Program-made: the position numbers and the translations under genes | Notes under the pieces: generated by a model | The model's input: only the letters and a program-made list of their open reading frames with translations | Databases searched by the model: none | Told to the model about the DNA's origin: nothing | Assembly (NCBI GenBank): GCA_965197585.1 | Contig: OZ240215.1 | Location: 1,664,001 to 1,728,000 of the forward strand | Source of the DNA: Dehalococcoidia bacterium | GTDB taxonomy: Bacteria > Chloroflexota > Dehalococcoidia > Plut-88900 | Reading direction: 5' to 3' | DNA: 64,000 bases | Part shown: in pieces, positions 50,357-59,664 of the stretch | Position numbering within the stretch: position 1 is the first letter of the stretch | Layout: every line of letters starts with the position of its first letter

Positions 50357-51412
50357 TGTAAGTGTTAGGTAATTCGTTGACAGATTGGTATAAGAGGCCA
50401 ACACCAATCTGGAGGCGAGAATGCGAGACAATAGCAAGGACCTCACCCTTGAACGTAACTACATTCAGAAGTGGCGGTTCCTCATCCATGAGTATCAACT
50501 GGTCAAGGCAGGGAAGCATCCCCGTTTCCGCTTCGCCCAGGACTTCTACTCCTTCCACGGCACTAGCCGTCAGACCTTTGCCAAGTACTACAACCGGTTC
50601 CTCCTCTCCCCCTCCGACAACGCCTTCCTCCCCCGTAAGCGGGGTCCCGGGTGGAAGTCCCGCCGCACCCTGCCCTACATTGAGCAGAAGGTCATCAACG
50701 AGCGCCTTAACGGTACCAACCGTTACGAGATCTATGCCATACTCAAACCCATCCTTAAACACAACACCCCTAAGCCCTCCACCATCTACGCCATCACCAG
50801 ACGCCACGGTTTCAATAGGCTCACAAAGCCGATGCAGCAGTCGAAGCGCAAGATCATCAAGACCCGGGCAGGAGAGCTGGGCCACCTGGACAGCCACTAC
50901 CTCAGCCGGGATACCATCGTGGGCACCAAGCACCGCTACTACCTGGTGGGCCTCATCGACGCCTACACCCGTCTGGCCTGGGCCGAAGTGGTCGGAGACA
51001 TCAAGAGTCTCTCCGTTATGTTTGCTACTCTGAAGTCCATCAATTTCCTTAACGTGGAGTACGGCATCCAATTCGAGGCCATCCTCACCGACAACGGCCC
51101 CGAGATGGCCTCCCCAAGGAACACCGAGGGCCACCCCATGGAACGGATGCTCAATGAGCTGGGCATAAAGCACCGCTACACCCGCCCTTATAGGCCCCAG
51201 ACCAACGGGAAGATAGAGCGGTTCTGGAGAACCTTGAACGAGGACCTGCTGGAGGGGACAACCTTCGAATCGGTCTCGGAACTGAAGGACGAGCTTCAGC
51301 AATACCTGATCTACTACAATACTCAGAGACCCCACCAGGCAATGGACGGAAAGACCCCTTTGGAGACCCTTAAATCCATCTAATTCTGTCAACGAATTAC
51401 CTGACATCCACA
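50357..51412 (+). mobile_element. IS481-family insertion sequence, copy 3 (1056 bp)
   Basis: Same TIRs; ATTCC duplicated at 50352-50356 and 51413-51417 inside gtcattccggccccgagccggaatcc. Confidence 0.93.
50421..51383 (+). CDS. IS481-family transposase
   Basis: Identical translation to copy 2. Confidence 0.93.
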   Translation: MRDNSKDLTLERNYIQKWRFLIHEYQLVKAGKHPRFRFAQDFYSFHGTSRQTFAKYYNRFLLSPSDNAFLPRKRGPGWKSRRTLPYIEQKVINERLNGTNRYEIYAILKPILKHNTPKPSTIYAITRRHGFNRLTKPMQQSKRKIIKTRAGELGHLDSHYLSRDTIVGTKHRYYLVGLIDAYTRLAWAEVVGDIKSLSVMFATLKSINFLNVEYGIQFEAILTDNGPEMASPRNTEGHPMERMLNELGIKHRYTRPYRPQTNGKIERFWRTLNEDLLEGTTFESVSELKDELQQYLIYYNTQRPHQAMDGKTPLETLKSI

Positions 51413-51666
51413 ATTCCGGCCCCCGAGCCGGAATCCATCCCAGGGGCCGGGTGAGGCCGCACACCCTGTCGCAGATGGAACATCCGCCTCTAAAGGAACC
51501 GCTGAGGCAGAAGCCCAGTCGAAGCGTCAAGCGGGATGGGTGAGGGTCCGCTCACCTTAAGCCGAGTCGAAGGCTCGAGCGGGGGTGTCCTGTCCCTCCG
51601 GCCCTAATTCAGCCTTCCCTGCCAACGCCTCTACACCTAGACTCTTGGCACGGGCATTTCCTATAC

Positions 51667-51927
51667 CTAATCTAACGGCGCAATCTTGCCTGGCGGTTCC
51701 TGTTCTTGCGCTCGTTGCCACGCTTCCCTTAGCTCTTGTTGATGAAGTCTCGTCCATTCCATCACCATACTCCGGGCGCGTATGGGCATTTGCCCCTGCA
51801 GTAGGAGTGGAGGATCGATGCTAAAGACTGCTTGGTTACTAGCATATCTGGCATGGAAATGTGGTGGAGCGTGGTCATCAAAGTACATTTGGACGATTAT
51901 CCCGTAGAATCGGCAGATTTCAGGCAT
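51667..51927 (-). CDS. DUF4160-family protein (HicA-like putative toxin)
   Basis: MPEICRFYGIIVQMYFDDHAPPHFHARY...VMEW...HQQEL..AW...KIAPL. Confidence 0.85.
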   Translation of the reverse strand: MPEICRFYGIIVQMYFDDHAPPHFHARYASNQAVFSIDPPLLLQGQMPIRARSMVMEWTRLHQQELREAWQRAQEQEPPGKIAPLD

Positions 51928-52207
51928 TTTCCAGAACCGTTTGCGCTTCCGGCATAACTTCGGCAAGAGACTTGTCCGTAACCCTCATATATAGAGCATC
52001 CGGGCACAATTCAAGCTCTTCAGTCCACGCGATGGAATCGTATTCGGTTATGTGTACTGCTTCGAAGCAGGCTCGGTCGTTCCATGCATTGAACACCCCC
52101 CGACCCGCGAGATGTGATAGGTCTACCTCGCCTTCGGCGCCGTCCGCGTACCGTATCCATATCCTGTAGCCCATTCTCGGTTCTACCGCTGTAGGTTTGG
52201 TCATCAT
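51920..52207 (-). CDS. DUF2442-family protein (putative antitoxin)
   Basis: VEP..GYRIWIRYADGAEGEVDL...GVF..W, IAW...LELCPDALY. Confidence 0.85.
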   Translation of the reverse strand: MMTKPTAVEPRMGYRIWIRYADGAEGEVDLSHLAGRGVFNAWNDRACFEAVHITEYDSIAWTEELELCPDALYMRVTDKSLAEVMPEAQTVLENA

Positions 52208-52219
52208 AATCCTCCTAGC

Positions 52220-53110
52220 TTACCCCACCCCCAGCACCCGCCCCGCATTCCCCCCCATCATCAACTTCACCGCCTCCTCCGATATCTCAGACCCGTACTT
52301 CTTCCCCATCGACGGCAAATCCTGGCATAGCTCAACGAATCTCTTCAACGGCATCTCTTTCCTGATCCCCGGAAAGTCACTCGCCCACATAACCCGTTCC
52401 GCTCCGAGACTTTGGATCATGTGATCGATTGCCCGCACTGTCCCCTCTTCATCGGCCTTGAACCTCGCCTGCCACTCCGAAATCTCTGGGTAGATGTTTG
52501 GGTGCGACTTCGCCACCGTCACGCAGTCTTGCCACCAGTCCCCACCCGCGTGGCCCAGGATCATATCCAATTTGGGAAAGTCCGCCGCCACCTGATCGAA
52601 CTCCAGCGGGTGCGCCGATTTCCCATACAGCAATGGATGAAAACCCGGCCCCGAGTGGAACAGCACTGGCAGTCCGTTCGCCACGCAAATTTCATAGAGG
52701 TCATAGCAAGACCGGTCGCTGGGATAGTAACCCGTCGTCGGATGCAGCTTGATCCCCGACACCGCCCCACCCTTCACCGCCGCCTCAAACTTCTCCGCCG
52801 ACCCCTCCCTCTGCGGGTCGATTCCATAGAATGCTATGAGCCGTTCCGGGTACATCTCCCGCGCCGACACCAGCATCGCATTCTCTTCCTCCACCCTCAC
52901 CTCTGTCTCCCCGAAACGCATCGCAAAGTCGGCCAGGATGACTACGCTCATGTCCACCGACGCCCCATCCATCTCCTCGACAATCTCCCGCGCCGCCCGA
53001 CGCCAATCAAAATCCGAAGGCTCCGACCCTTCCCAACGCGGGTCGCCCGCAAACAACTTCGGGTGCCGCTGGTCCGCCGACCACATATGCCGGTGTACAT
53101 CAATAATCAT
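52220..53110 (-). CDS. Amidohydrolase_2 family protein
   Basis: IIDVHRH, GIKLHP, LFHSG, ILGHAG, WASDFP. Confidence 0.88.
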   Translation of the reverse strand: MIIDVHRHMWSADQRHPKLFAGDPRWEGSEPSDFDWRRAAREIVEEMDGASVDMSVVILADFAMRFGETEVRVEEENAMLVSAREMYPERLIAFYGIDPQREGSAEKFEAAVKGGAVSGIKLHPTTGYYPSDRSCYDLYEICVANGLPVLFHSGPGFHPLLYGKSAHPLEFDQVAADFPKLDMILGHAGGDWWQDCVTVAKSHPNIYPEISEWQARFKADEEGTVRAIDHMIQSLGAERVMWASDFPGIRKEMPLKRFVELCQDLPSMGKKYGSEISEEAVKLMMGGNAGRVLGVG

Positions 53111-53300
53111 CTTCCCTCTCCTGTTATCCCAACGCCATCTCTGCAATTCCGAGGCCCCCCGAGGAATCTGGGCCGGATCCCCTCCCGTAGGGGCGACCGG
53201 CTGGTCGCCCGCTCCGGTGCAGGGCCGCTCACCCTGAGGTTCTCGAAGGGTCGAGCGGGGTGTGGCTCCGCATTGCCAATCCGTCGCGTCACGCCCCCAA

Positions 53301-54806
53301 TCACCCAATAATCGCATCTATCGCCGACTCCAACTTCCCCGCCGACTCATCAAGCCTGCGTTTCCTTTCCTCTACCGACTCCTCATCTTCCCGAAGTCGC
53401 GCCTCGTACTCCACTATCCTCCTACGGCACTCCTCGGGAGCCGGGCCCCCGTACAATGTCCGACGCTCCACGAACGCCATCGGGTCCAACGCCCGAGCCA
53501 GGGCTTCCTCACTTAAACCGACACCCTCCCCCATATACTCCACGGCCGCTTCGTCCAAAAGATCCGGCGTCACGTCCCTTGGCCGGATTCCCCGCTCCTC
53601 CGTGAACCGCACCAGTATCCCGACTATCTGATGTGCAGTCCTCCACGGCAATCCCTTCTCCCTGACCAATGCACCCGCCACGTCCGTGGCCTGCGCCCAG
53701 TGCGCCCCCGCCATCTCCCTCATCCGCTCTCGTTTCACCTCCAGCGCCGGCATCAGCTCGATAAACCATCCCAGGTTCCGAATTGCCATGTCGAACGAGC
53801 GGAATAGAGCATCATCCATGTAGCGAAGGTCCATCGTCGGGTCCCCACTCGCCGCCTTCTGCACTGCGAACGAGGCCACCAGGCCACCCATGGCATCTGC
53901 CACCGCTCCACGAACGTACTCCAGGCTGTCCGGGTTCTTCTTCTGCATCATTATGCTGCTCGTCCCGCAGAACCGGTCCGGCACGTCAATGTACCCCGCC
54001 TCCGACGTAAACCAGAAGTTCAGGTCCGACGCCCATCTGGAAAGGTTCAGGTGCACCGTGGCCACCGCCATGAAGGTGTCCAATGGTGTGTCCTCGTTGA
54101 GGATTGCGTCATAGGTATTGGGTAATACACCGTCGAACCCCATCAGCTCCGCCGTCCGATGCCGGTTCAGCGGAAAGTCCGATCCCGTCATTATCGCCGA
54201 CCCCGCGGGGCTCTGGTTTGCCCAGCTATACGCAAACGCCGCCCGACCAAAGCACCGCTCCAGGCTCGACGTCCAGGCCAGCAGTTGATGGCCTAGCGTC
54301 GTAGGCTGGGCGTGCTGGCTGTGAGTATAGGCTGGCATCACCGATTCCAGGTTCTCACCCGCTACCTGCAGGAACACTGCCCGAAGCCGGTTGATTTCCC
54401 CCATTAGCGTGATCAGCCCATCCCGTTGCCGGCACCGCCGCCACACCGCGTGCAGGTCCCCGGAACTCCGGCCCAGGTGCATCCTTCCCCCCACATCCTC
54501 CCCCAACCGCCTTATTAGAAAGTACTCCCCAGAGTGCATCGCTCCCCCCGCCTCCAGCCTCGACTCCACAATCTTGTCCGGCTCCGTGCTCCTAAGCTCC
54601 TTAAGCATCAATGCCACATCGGTCTTCGGAATTAGAGCCTCCTCCGCCAGCATCACCAAGTGGGCTTTGTCGAATAGGTGATAAGGATAAAGGGCCCCCT
54701 CGTCCTGATCTTCAGAGAAAGCCGGGAGACCTGCCAGCATAGGCTCCATAAGCCGGATCCCCGCCATACGGTATCCTTTGTACTCTTCCTGTTTCTGCTT
54801 CCTCAC
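53301..54806 (-). CDS. argH: Argininosuccinate lyase or paralogous fumarase-family lyase
   Basis: MHLGRSSGD, MPAYTHSQHAQP.TLGH, GTSSIMMQKKNPD, PWRTAHQIVG. Confidence 0.7.
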   Translation of the reverse strand: MRKQKQEEYKGYRMAGIRLMEPMLAGLPAFSEDQDEGALYPYHLFDKAHLVMLAEEALIPKTDVALMLKELRSTEPDKIVESRLEAGGAMHSGEYFLIRRLGEDVGGRMHLGRSSGDLHAVWRRCRQRDGLITLMGEINRLRAVFLQVAGENLESVMPAYTHSQHAQPTTLGHQLLAWTSSLERCFGRAAFAYSWANQSPAGSAIMTGSDFPLNRHRTAELMGFDGVLPNTYDAILNEDTPLDTFMAVATVHLNLSRWASDLNFWFTSEAGYIDVPDRFCGTSSIMMQKKNPDSLEYVRGAVADAMGGLVASFAVQKAASGDPTMDLRYMDDALFRSFDMAIRNLGWFIELMPALEVKRERMREMAGAHWAQATDVAGALVREKGLPWRTAHQIVGILVRFTEERGIRPRDVTPDLLDEAAVEYMGEGVGLSEEALARALDPMAFVERRTLYGGPAPEECRRRIVEYEARLREDEESVEERKRRLDESAGKLESAIDAIIG

Positions 54807-54968
54807 TCCGAGACTCCTTTCCCTCGACCGTTCACGATCTCCGACTCCGACGGTATCCTACATTCTAACCGCCGCCCTCTCAACAAACGCCCACCCTCAA
54901 CTCACGCCGAAACCCTCCGTCATGCAAATCGAACTACGCCCTTCCTATGTCATAGCACTCCCTTACCC

Positions 54969-55023
54969 CCTGACATCCACAATGCTGAGGCTCCGCGAAG
55001 AATCTAGGATTTGCCCACTCACA
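54969..55023 (+). mobile_element. Solo IS481 right-end remnant joined to REP half
   Basis: cctgacatccaca+atgctgaggctccgcgaagaatctaggatttgcccactcaca matches the right junction of copy 2. Confidence 0.7.
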
Positions 55024-55298
55024 CGTCCTTCGCCAAAACTGTGAGCCTTCAGTCCCAAGCAACCGGGCCCGCTCATGCTTTCGTAGGTGCGTCGTGCTGA
55101 AAATCCGCCTTCGTCGGAGCATAAACCCCTCCCCGGCGGCGGGGCCGCTCACCCTGAGCCGCGTCGAAGGGTCGAGCGGGGAGAGGGGCCTCGCGCTGCC
55201 AATCCGTCGCGTCCATCCAGTGATCCTATGCTTGACTCCCTCCACCCACGCGAGTAGCTTTTCACACATAACCCTTGCCAGCACCAAGGAGCCCAGCC

Positions 55299-56936
55299 AT
55301 GCCAGACCCGACCCCCTCCATCTTCAACCAAAACCTCGACTCCAATATCGCCAACCACCAGCCCCTCACCCCACTCACCTTCCTCGAATGGTCGGCCACC
55401 GTCTACCCCGACAAGGCGGCGGTTATATACGGCGATACCGAGTACACCTACCGGGAGTTCGCCCGGCGCTGCCGACTCCTCGCCTCCGCCCTCTCAAAGC
55501 GCGGCATAGGGCTCGGCGACACCGTCGCCCTCATGGCCCCCAACACCCCCCCGATGCTCGAAGCCCATTACGGCATCCCCATGACTGGCGCCGCTATCAA
55601 CGGAATCAACATTCGCCTCGACGCCACCGCCGTCGCCTTCATCCTTGAGCACGGCGAGGCCCGCGTCCTCATAACCGACCGTGAGTTCTCCCCCGTAGTC
55701 AAAGAAGCCCTCACCCAAGTCACACGCCCCATCACCGTAATTGACATCGACGATCCTCTTGCTCCCTCTGGTGACCTCATCGGCGAAAAGGATTACGAAT
55801 CCTTCCTTGAAGAGGGTGACGATAACTTCACCCCACGCCCCTTCTCCGACGAATGGGAGGCCATAGCCCTCAACTACACCTCCGGCACCACCGGAAATCC
55901 CAAGGGAGTCGTCTTCCACCATCGCGGCGCATTCCTGAATGCTATGGGCAACGCGATGATGTTTGGACTTAACAGGTACAGCATGTACTTGTGGACTCTC
56001 CCCATGTTCCATTGCAACGGCTGGACTTACACCTGGGCTGTCACCGCCGTCGCCGGAACCCACGTATGCCTCCGCAGAATCGACCCCGCAGTCATCTTTT
56101 CCATGATCAAGGAGCGCCACATAACCCACATGTGTGGTGCTCCGGTGGTTCTCGGGATGCTGATTCACGCCCCCGAGGAGGCCAAGCAAAAGTGGGACCA
56201 CACCGTCGAGATCGCCACCGGAGGCGCTGCTCCACCCAGCCCCGTTATCGCCGCAATGGAGGGCATGGGCTTCCGAGTCACCCACCTCTACGGACTCACC
56301 GAAACATACGGCCCGGCCAGCGTCTGCGCATGGCAGGACGACTGGCTGGCCATGCCCACCGACCAGAAAGCCTCCATGCTCGCCCGCCAGGGCGTTCGCT
56401 ACCCGACCCTCTCCTATCTCACAGTCGCCAACCCCGATACCCTTGCCCCCGTCCCCGAGGATGGCCAGACCATCGGTGAAATCATGATGCGCGGCAACAC
56501 CGTAATGAAGGGCTACCTGAAGAATCCGGCTGCCACCGATGAGGCCTTCGCCGGAGGATGGTTTCACTCGGGCGACTTGGCCGTCGTCCACCCAGACCAC
56601 TACATCGAGATTAAAGACCGCTCCAAAGACATCATCATCTCCGGCGGAGAAAACATATCCTCCCTGGAAGTCGAGGAGGTCTTGTACCGGCACCCCAAGG
56701 TCATGGAGGCAGCCGTCGTAGCCAAGCACGATGAAAAATGGGGCGAGACCCCCTGCGCCTTCGTCACCCCCCGCCCCGACACCCCCGACATCACCGAGGA
56801 GGAGTTAGTCCGCTGGTGCCGCGACAACCTCGCCCACTTCAAGGCCCCCAGGAGGTTTGTCTTCGGCCCCTTGCCCAAGACCTCCACCGGAAAAATCCAG
56901 AAATTCGCGCTCCGTGAGCGCGCCAACACCCTCTAG
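55299..56936 (+). CDS. Acyl-CoA synthetase (AMP-forming)
   Basis: NYTSGTTGNPKGV, LPMFHCNGW, YGLTE, GWFHSGD, DRSKDIIISGGENISS, KTSTGKIQK. Confidence 0.93.
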   Translation: MPDPTPSIFNQNLDSNIANHQPLTPLTFLEWSATVYPDKAAVIYGDTEYTYREFARRCRLLASALSKRGIGLGDTVALMAPNTPPMLEAHYGIPMTGAAINGINIRLDATAVAFILEHGEARVLITDREFSPVVKEALTQVTRPITVIDIDDPLAPSGDLIGEKDYESFLEEGDDNFTPRPFSDEWEAIALNYTSGTTGNPKGVVFHHRGAFLNAMGNAMMFGLNRYSMYLWTLPMFHCNGWTYTWAVTAVAGTHVCLRRIDPAVIFSMIKERHITHMCGAPVVLGMLIHAPEEAKQKWDHTVEIATGGAAPPSPVIAAMEGMGFRVTHLYGLTETYGPASVCAWQDDWLAMPTDQKASMLARQGVRYPTLSYLTVANPDTLAPVPEDGQTIGEIMMRGNTVMKGYLKNPAATDEAFAGGWFHSGDLAVVHPDHYIEIKDRSKDIIISGGENISSLEVEEVLYRHPKVMEAAVVAKHDEKWGETPCAFVTPRPDTPDITEEELVRWCRDNLAHFKAPRRFVFGPLPKTSTGKIQKFALRERANTL

Positions 56937-56959
56937 CTGAGAGAAAGGACCCTCTCACG

Positions 56960-57090
56960 GAGAGTCGTTTCACGAACTGCATTGGAGGGGTTGGGGCCGC
57001 TCGTGCTGAGGTTCTCGAAGTATGAGCGGGGGTGGCTGCCGTGTTACCTGGATAGTACGACATAGCCAATCTGCAGTTACACTAGGGTTC
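56960..57090 (+). mobile_element. Degenerate MITE copy
   Basis: aactgca...tgcagtt inner TIR remnants around a gtgCTGAG/TCGAAGtat hairpin. Confidence 0.45.
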
Positions 57091-57107
57091 AGCGAAGGAG
57101 ACTAGGT

Positions 57108-57422
57108 ATGGTGCGCATCCCCACCAAACGGGAGCCGACACACCCCGACGAGATGTTGCTGCAAGAGTTCCTGCTGCCACTCGGCATGAGTCAGCGCGAC
57201 CTCGCCACCGCGATACGTGTGCCCTATCAGCGCGTCAATGAGGTAGTCCGCAAGAGACGTGGGGTCACGCCTAGCACTGCATTACGGCTTTCTAAATTCC
57301 TCGGCACGTCTCCCGACTTCTGGATGAGCCTACAACTCCGCTGGGACCTTTACCATGCCCAACGCGCCGAAGCAGATCAGATCGAAAACATCCGGCCGAA
57401 TGAACTGGTAAACGTACCGTAA
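57108..57422 (+). CDS. higA: HigA-family antitoxin (orphan)
   Basis: PTHPDEML.EFL.PLG.SQ..LA, RGVTPSTALRLSKFLGTSPDFW.SLQ..WDL; RBS AAGGAG. Confidence 0.88.
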   Translation: MVRIPTKREPTHPDEMLLQEFLLPLGMSQRDLATAIRVPYQRVNEVVRKRRGVTPSTALRLSKFLGTSPDFWMSLQLRWDLYHAQRAEADQIENIRPNELVNVP

Positions 57423-57480
57423 AGGGCTGTCGAATCTTACGCGCTCAGTCCGATTAGAGTGCATCGAGCGCTCCGAAACC

Positions 57481-58017
57481 CTACGCGCTCGAATAAATCC
57501 CCGACTCCAGGTCGAAGACGTGCTGCCGACCCCCATCGCCACCCAGGACTATCGCCAAGGAGGACGGCTCGTCTCCCTCGGCCCATTGTCGGTGTATGTT
57601 CCGCGGCGAGTCATACCAGTAACCCAGGTCTCCCCGCTCTACGTGATGGTCCGTGACAACCTGTAGAGATGCCTGCCCCGACTCATCGTCGCTCACCCGT
57701 CTCCAGACCGTGAATCTCTCTTTGCCGGCTACCCCGCACTCCAGCCCCCACCGATAATGGCTATGGATCGGGGTTGGCTCTCCGGGAGGAAAGCTCGCTA
57801 GAACAAACTTGTACCGACCCTGCGGGTCAACGTGGAGTATCCTGCTGGGAAGTCCCGTGCTCCCGACCGAGGCCTCGCCCTGCTTGGTCAGATCGCCGCC
57901 CTCTGCCACCAGCTTCTGCAGCCGAGGCCCCATCTCCCAGATCGCCTCCACCGTCGGCCCCACATCATCCAGAATGCGGTCCACCTCCGCTACGAAATCC
58001 TTTAATTCATATCCCAT
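57481..58017 (-). CDS. Cupin, cysteine/thiol dioxygenase-like
   Basis: F.PGEPTPIHSH..WG..CG..G.E, NIHR. Confidence 0.7.
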   Translation of the reverse strand: MGYELKDFVAEVDRILDDVGPTVEAIWEMGPRLQKLVAEGGDLTKQGEASVGSTGLPSRILHVDPQGRYKFVLASFPPGEPTPIHSHYRWGLECGVAGKERFTVWRRVSDDESGQASLQVVTDHHVERGDLGYWYDSPRNIHRQWAEGDEPSSLAIVLGGDGGRQHVFDLESGIYSSA

Positions 58018-58313
58018 TTGTTCTCCCCCTCTCCTGCCTTAACAAGGTTTTGTCTATAAGAGCCCGAGGCTCGAAATATACCGACAGTCCGCCCCGAACC
58101 TGTAAAGTAAAAATCAGTCTAGGCTCGGCCCCTGGACCCGTCAAGGATTGGCCCGACCATTGCGAAGAGAGTATTATGGGTAAGCACTCCTGATCCGTCA
58201 CGGTTTTGCTTTTGGCGCAAGCTTGACCTTATGTGACATCGTGTTCGCAGGATGAGGCCCGGGCCCCGGCGGTCGCCCAGCCTCCTACGAATGAAGTCGA
58301 GGACGGGGGACAT

Positions 58314-59441
58314 ATGATCATCGGCGTGCCCAAAGAGACCAAAGACCAGGAAAACCGCGTCGCCCTGACGCCGGCCGGCGTTGCCTCTCTAACCCGCAGC
58401 TCTCACAAAGTGCTCATAGAACGCGGGGCCGGCACGGGAAGCGGCTTTTCCGACAAGGAGTATGCAGCCCAGGGCGCGACCATAGTCCGGGATGCCGAGG
58501 ACATATTCTGGTCTTCGGACATGGTGGTCAAGGTAAAGGAGCCCATCGAGCCCGAGTACGAAATGCTTAGGCCGGGCGTCATCCTATTCACCTATTTGCA
58601 CTTGGCCGCAGACCCTGACTTAGCCAAGTCGCTCCTCGAACATCGCGTCACCTCCCTCGCCTATGAGACCGTACAGGATGACTATCGTGGCCTTCCTCTC
58701 CTCGCCCCCATGAGCGAGATTGCAGGAAGGATTTCGGTGCAGATTGGTGCCCATTTCCTGGAAAAACAGCACGGCGGCATAGGGAAGCTGCTCGCCGGTG
58801 TGCCGGGCGTCTCGCCGGGTACCGTCACCGTTATCGGTGCCGGGATGGTCGGTTCAAACGCCGCCCTCATAGCCCTGGGCCTCGGAGCAAAGGTAATTCT
58901 TATCGACACCAACATAGGGCGGCTGCGTCAGATGGAGCAGGTACTGAGCGGCAATCTGATCACCGTTGCCGCTGGAATAGACGCCACCTCCCGAGCCGTA
59001 GCTGAAGCCGACCTCGTGATCGGCGGTGTCTTGATTCCCGGGGCCAAGGCCCCGAAGGTCGTCTCCCGGGACATGATAAGCCGCATGACGCCCGGCTCGG
59101 TCGTTATTGACGTCGCCGTCGACCAGGGCGGTTGTATCGAGACCTGTAAGCCGACAACCCACTCCGACCCAACCTTCCTGGTAGACGGCGTTGTCCACTA
59201 CTGTGTAACCAACATTCCCGGCGCCGTGCCCCGGACCTCCACCGAGGCCCTCTGCAACGTTTCCTTCCCCTTCATCGAGGAAATTGCCAATCTCGGTCTG
59301 TCGGAATCTCTGGGTCGGGACCCGGTCCTTGCCAAGGGACTCAACACTTACGAAGGCCAGGTCACAAACCGCGCCGTTGCCGACTCCCTCTCCCTTCCGT
59401 TCCAACCCCCCGAGACCCTCGGCGCGTTTTCATCCAACTAA
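58314..59441 (+). CDS. ald: Alanine dehydrogenase
   Basis: MIIGVPKETKDQENRVALTP, KVKEP, FTYLHLAA, PMSEIAGR, DVAVDQGGC, CVTNIPGAVPRTST. Confidence 0.95.
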   Translation: MIIGVPKETKDQENRVALTPAGVASLTRSSHKVLIERGAGTGSGFSDKEYAAQGATIVRDAEDIFWSSDMVVKVKEPIEPEYEMLRPGVILFTYLHLAADPDLAKSLLEHRVTSLAYETVQDDYRGLPLLAPMSEIAGRISVQIGAHFLEKQHGGIGKLLAGVPGVSPGTVTVIGAGMVGSNAALIALGLGAKVILIDTNIGRLRQMEQVLSGNLITVAAGIDATSRAVAEADLVIGGVLIPGAKAPKVVSRDMISRMTPGSVVIDVAVDQGGCIETCKPTTHSDPTFLVDGVVHYCVTNIPGAVPRTSTEALCNVSFPFIEEIANLGLSESLGRDPVLAKGLNTYEGQVTNRAVADSLSLPFQPPETLGAFSSN

Positions 59442-59463
59442 ATCTGAAAGGCGGTACAACCGG

Positions 59464-59649
59464 ATGGCATCCAATTCCGAATTCGAGGCTCTGGCCCGCA
59501 ACGCAGGTCTCGACAGGTTTCCCGGTACCCTGGACATGATTGAGCAGGTTTATGTCAGCTACAGGGAACAGCTCGACCAACTTTATTCTGTCGATCTGGA
59601 TGGTGAGGAAGTTCTGACCGCCTATCAGTACCTCTACGATTCCGACTAA
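59464..59649 (+). CDS. Small protein upstream of amidase (GatC/AtzG-like)
   Basis: 61 aa, ALARNAGL...LDQLYSVDLDGEE; 15 bp before the amidase start. Confidence 0.6.
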   Translation: MASNSEFEALARNAGLDRFPGTLDMIEQVYVSYREQLDQLYSVDLDGEEVLTAYQYLYDSD

Positions 59650-59664
59650 GGAGCATTTTTATCC

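Noticed and set aside
50256-51530. Long antisense ORFs over the IS481 copies (also 8237-9106 and 15024-16088)
   Set aside because: Shadow frames of the transposase with no recognisable motifs.
52220-53317. ORF-track N-terminal extensions and short ORFs containing translated repeats (for example PSTxLRVSGP, LRQAQDER)
   Set aside because: These peptides are translations of the intergenic GA-hairpin repeat, not conserved protein domains.
58020-58313. Riboswitch in the divergent region upstream of ald
   Set aside because: No conserved aptamer motif recognised; an Rfam scan would be needed.
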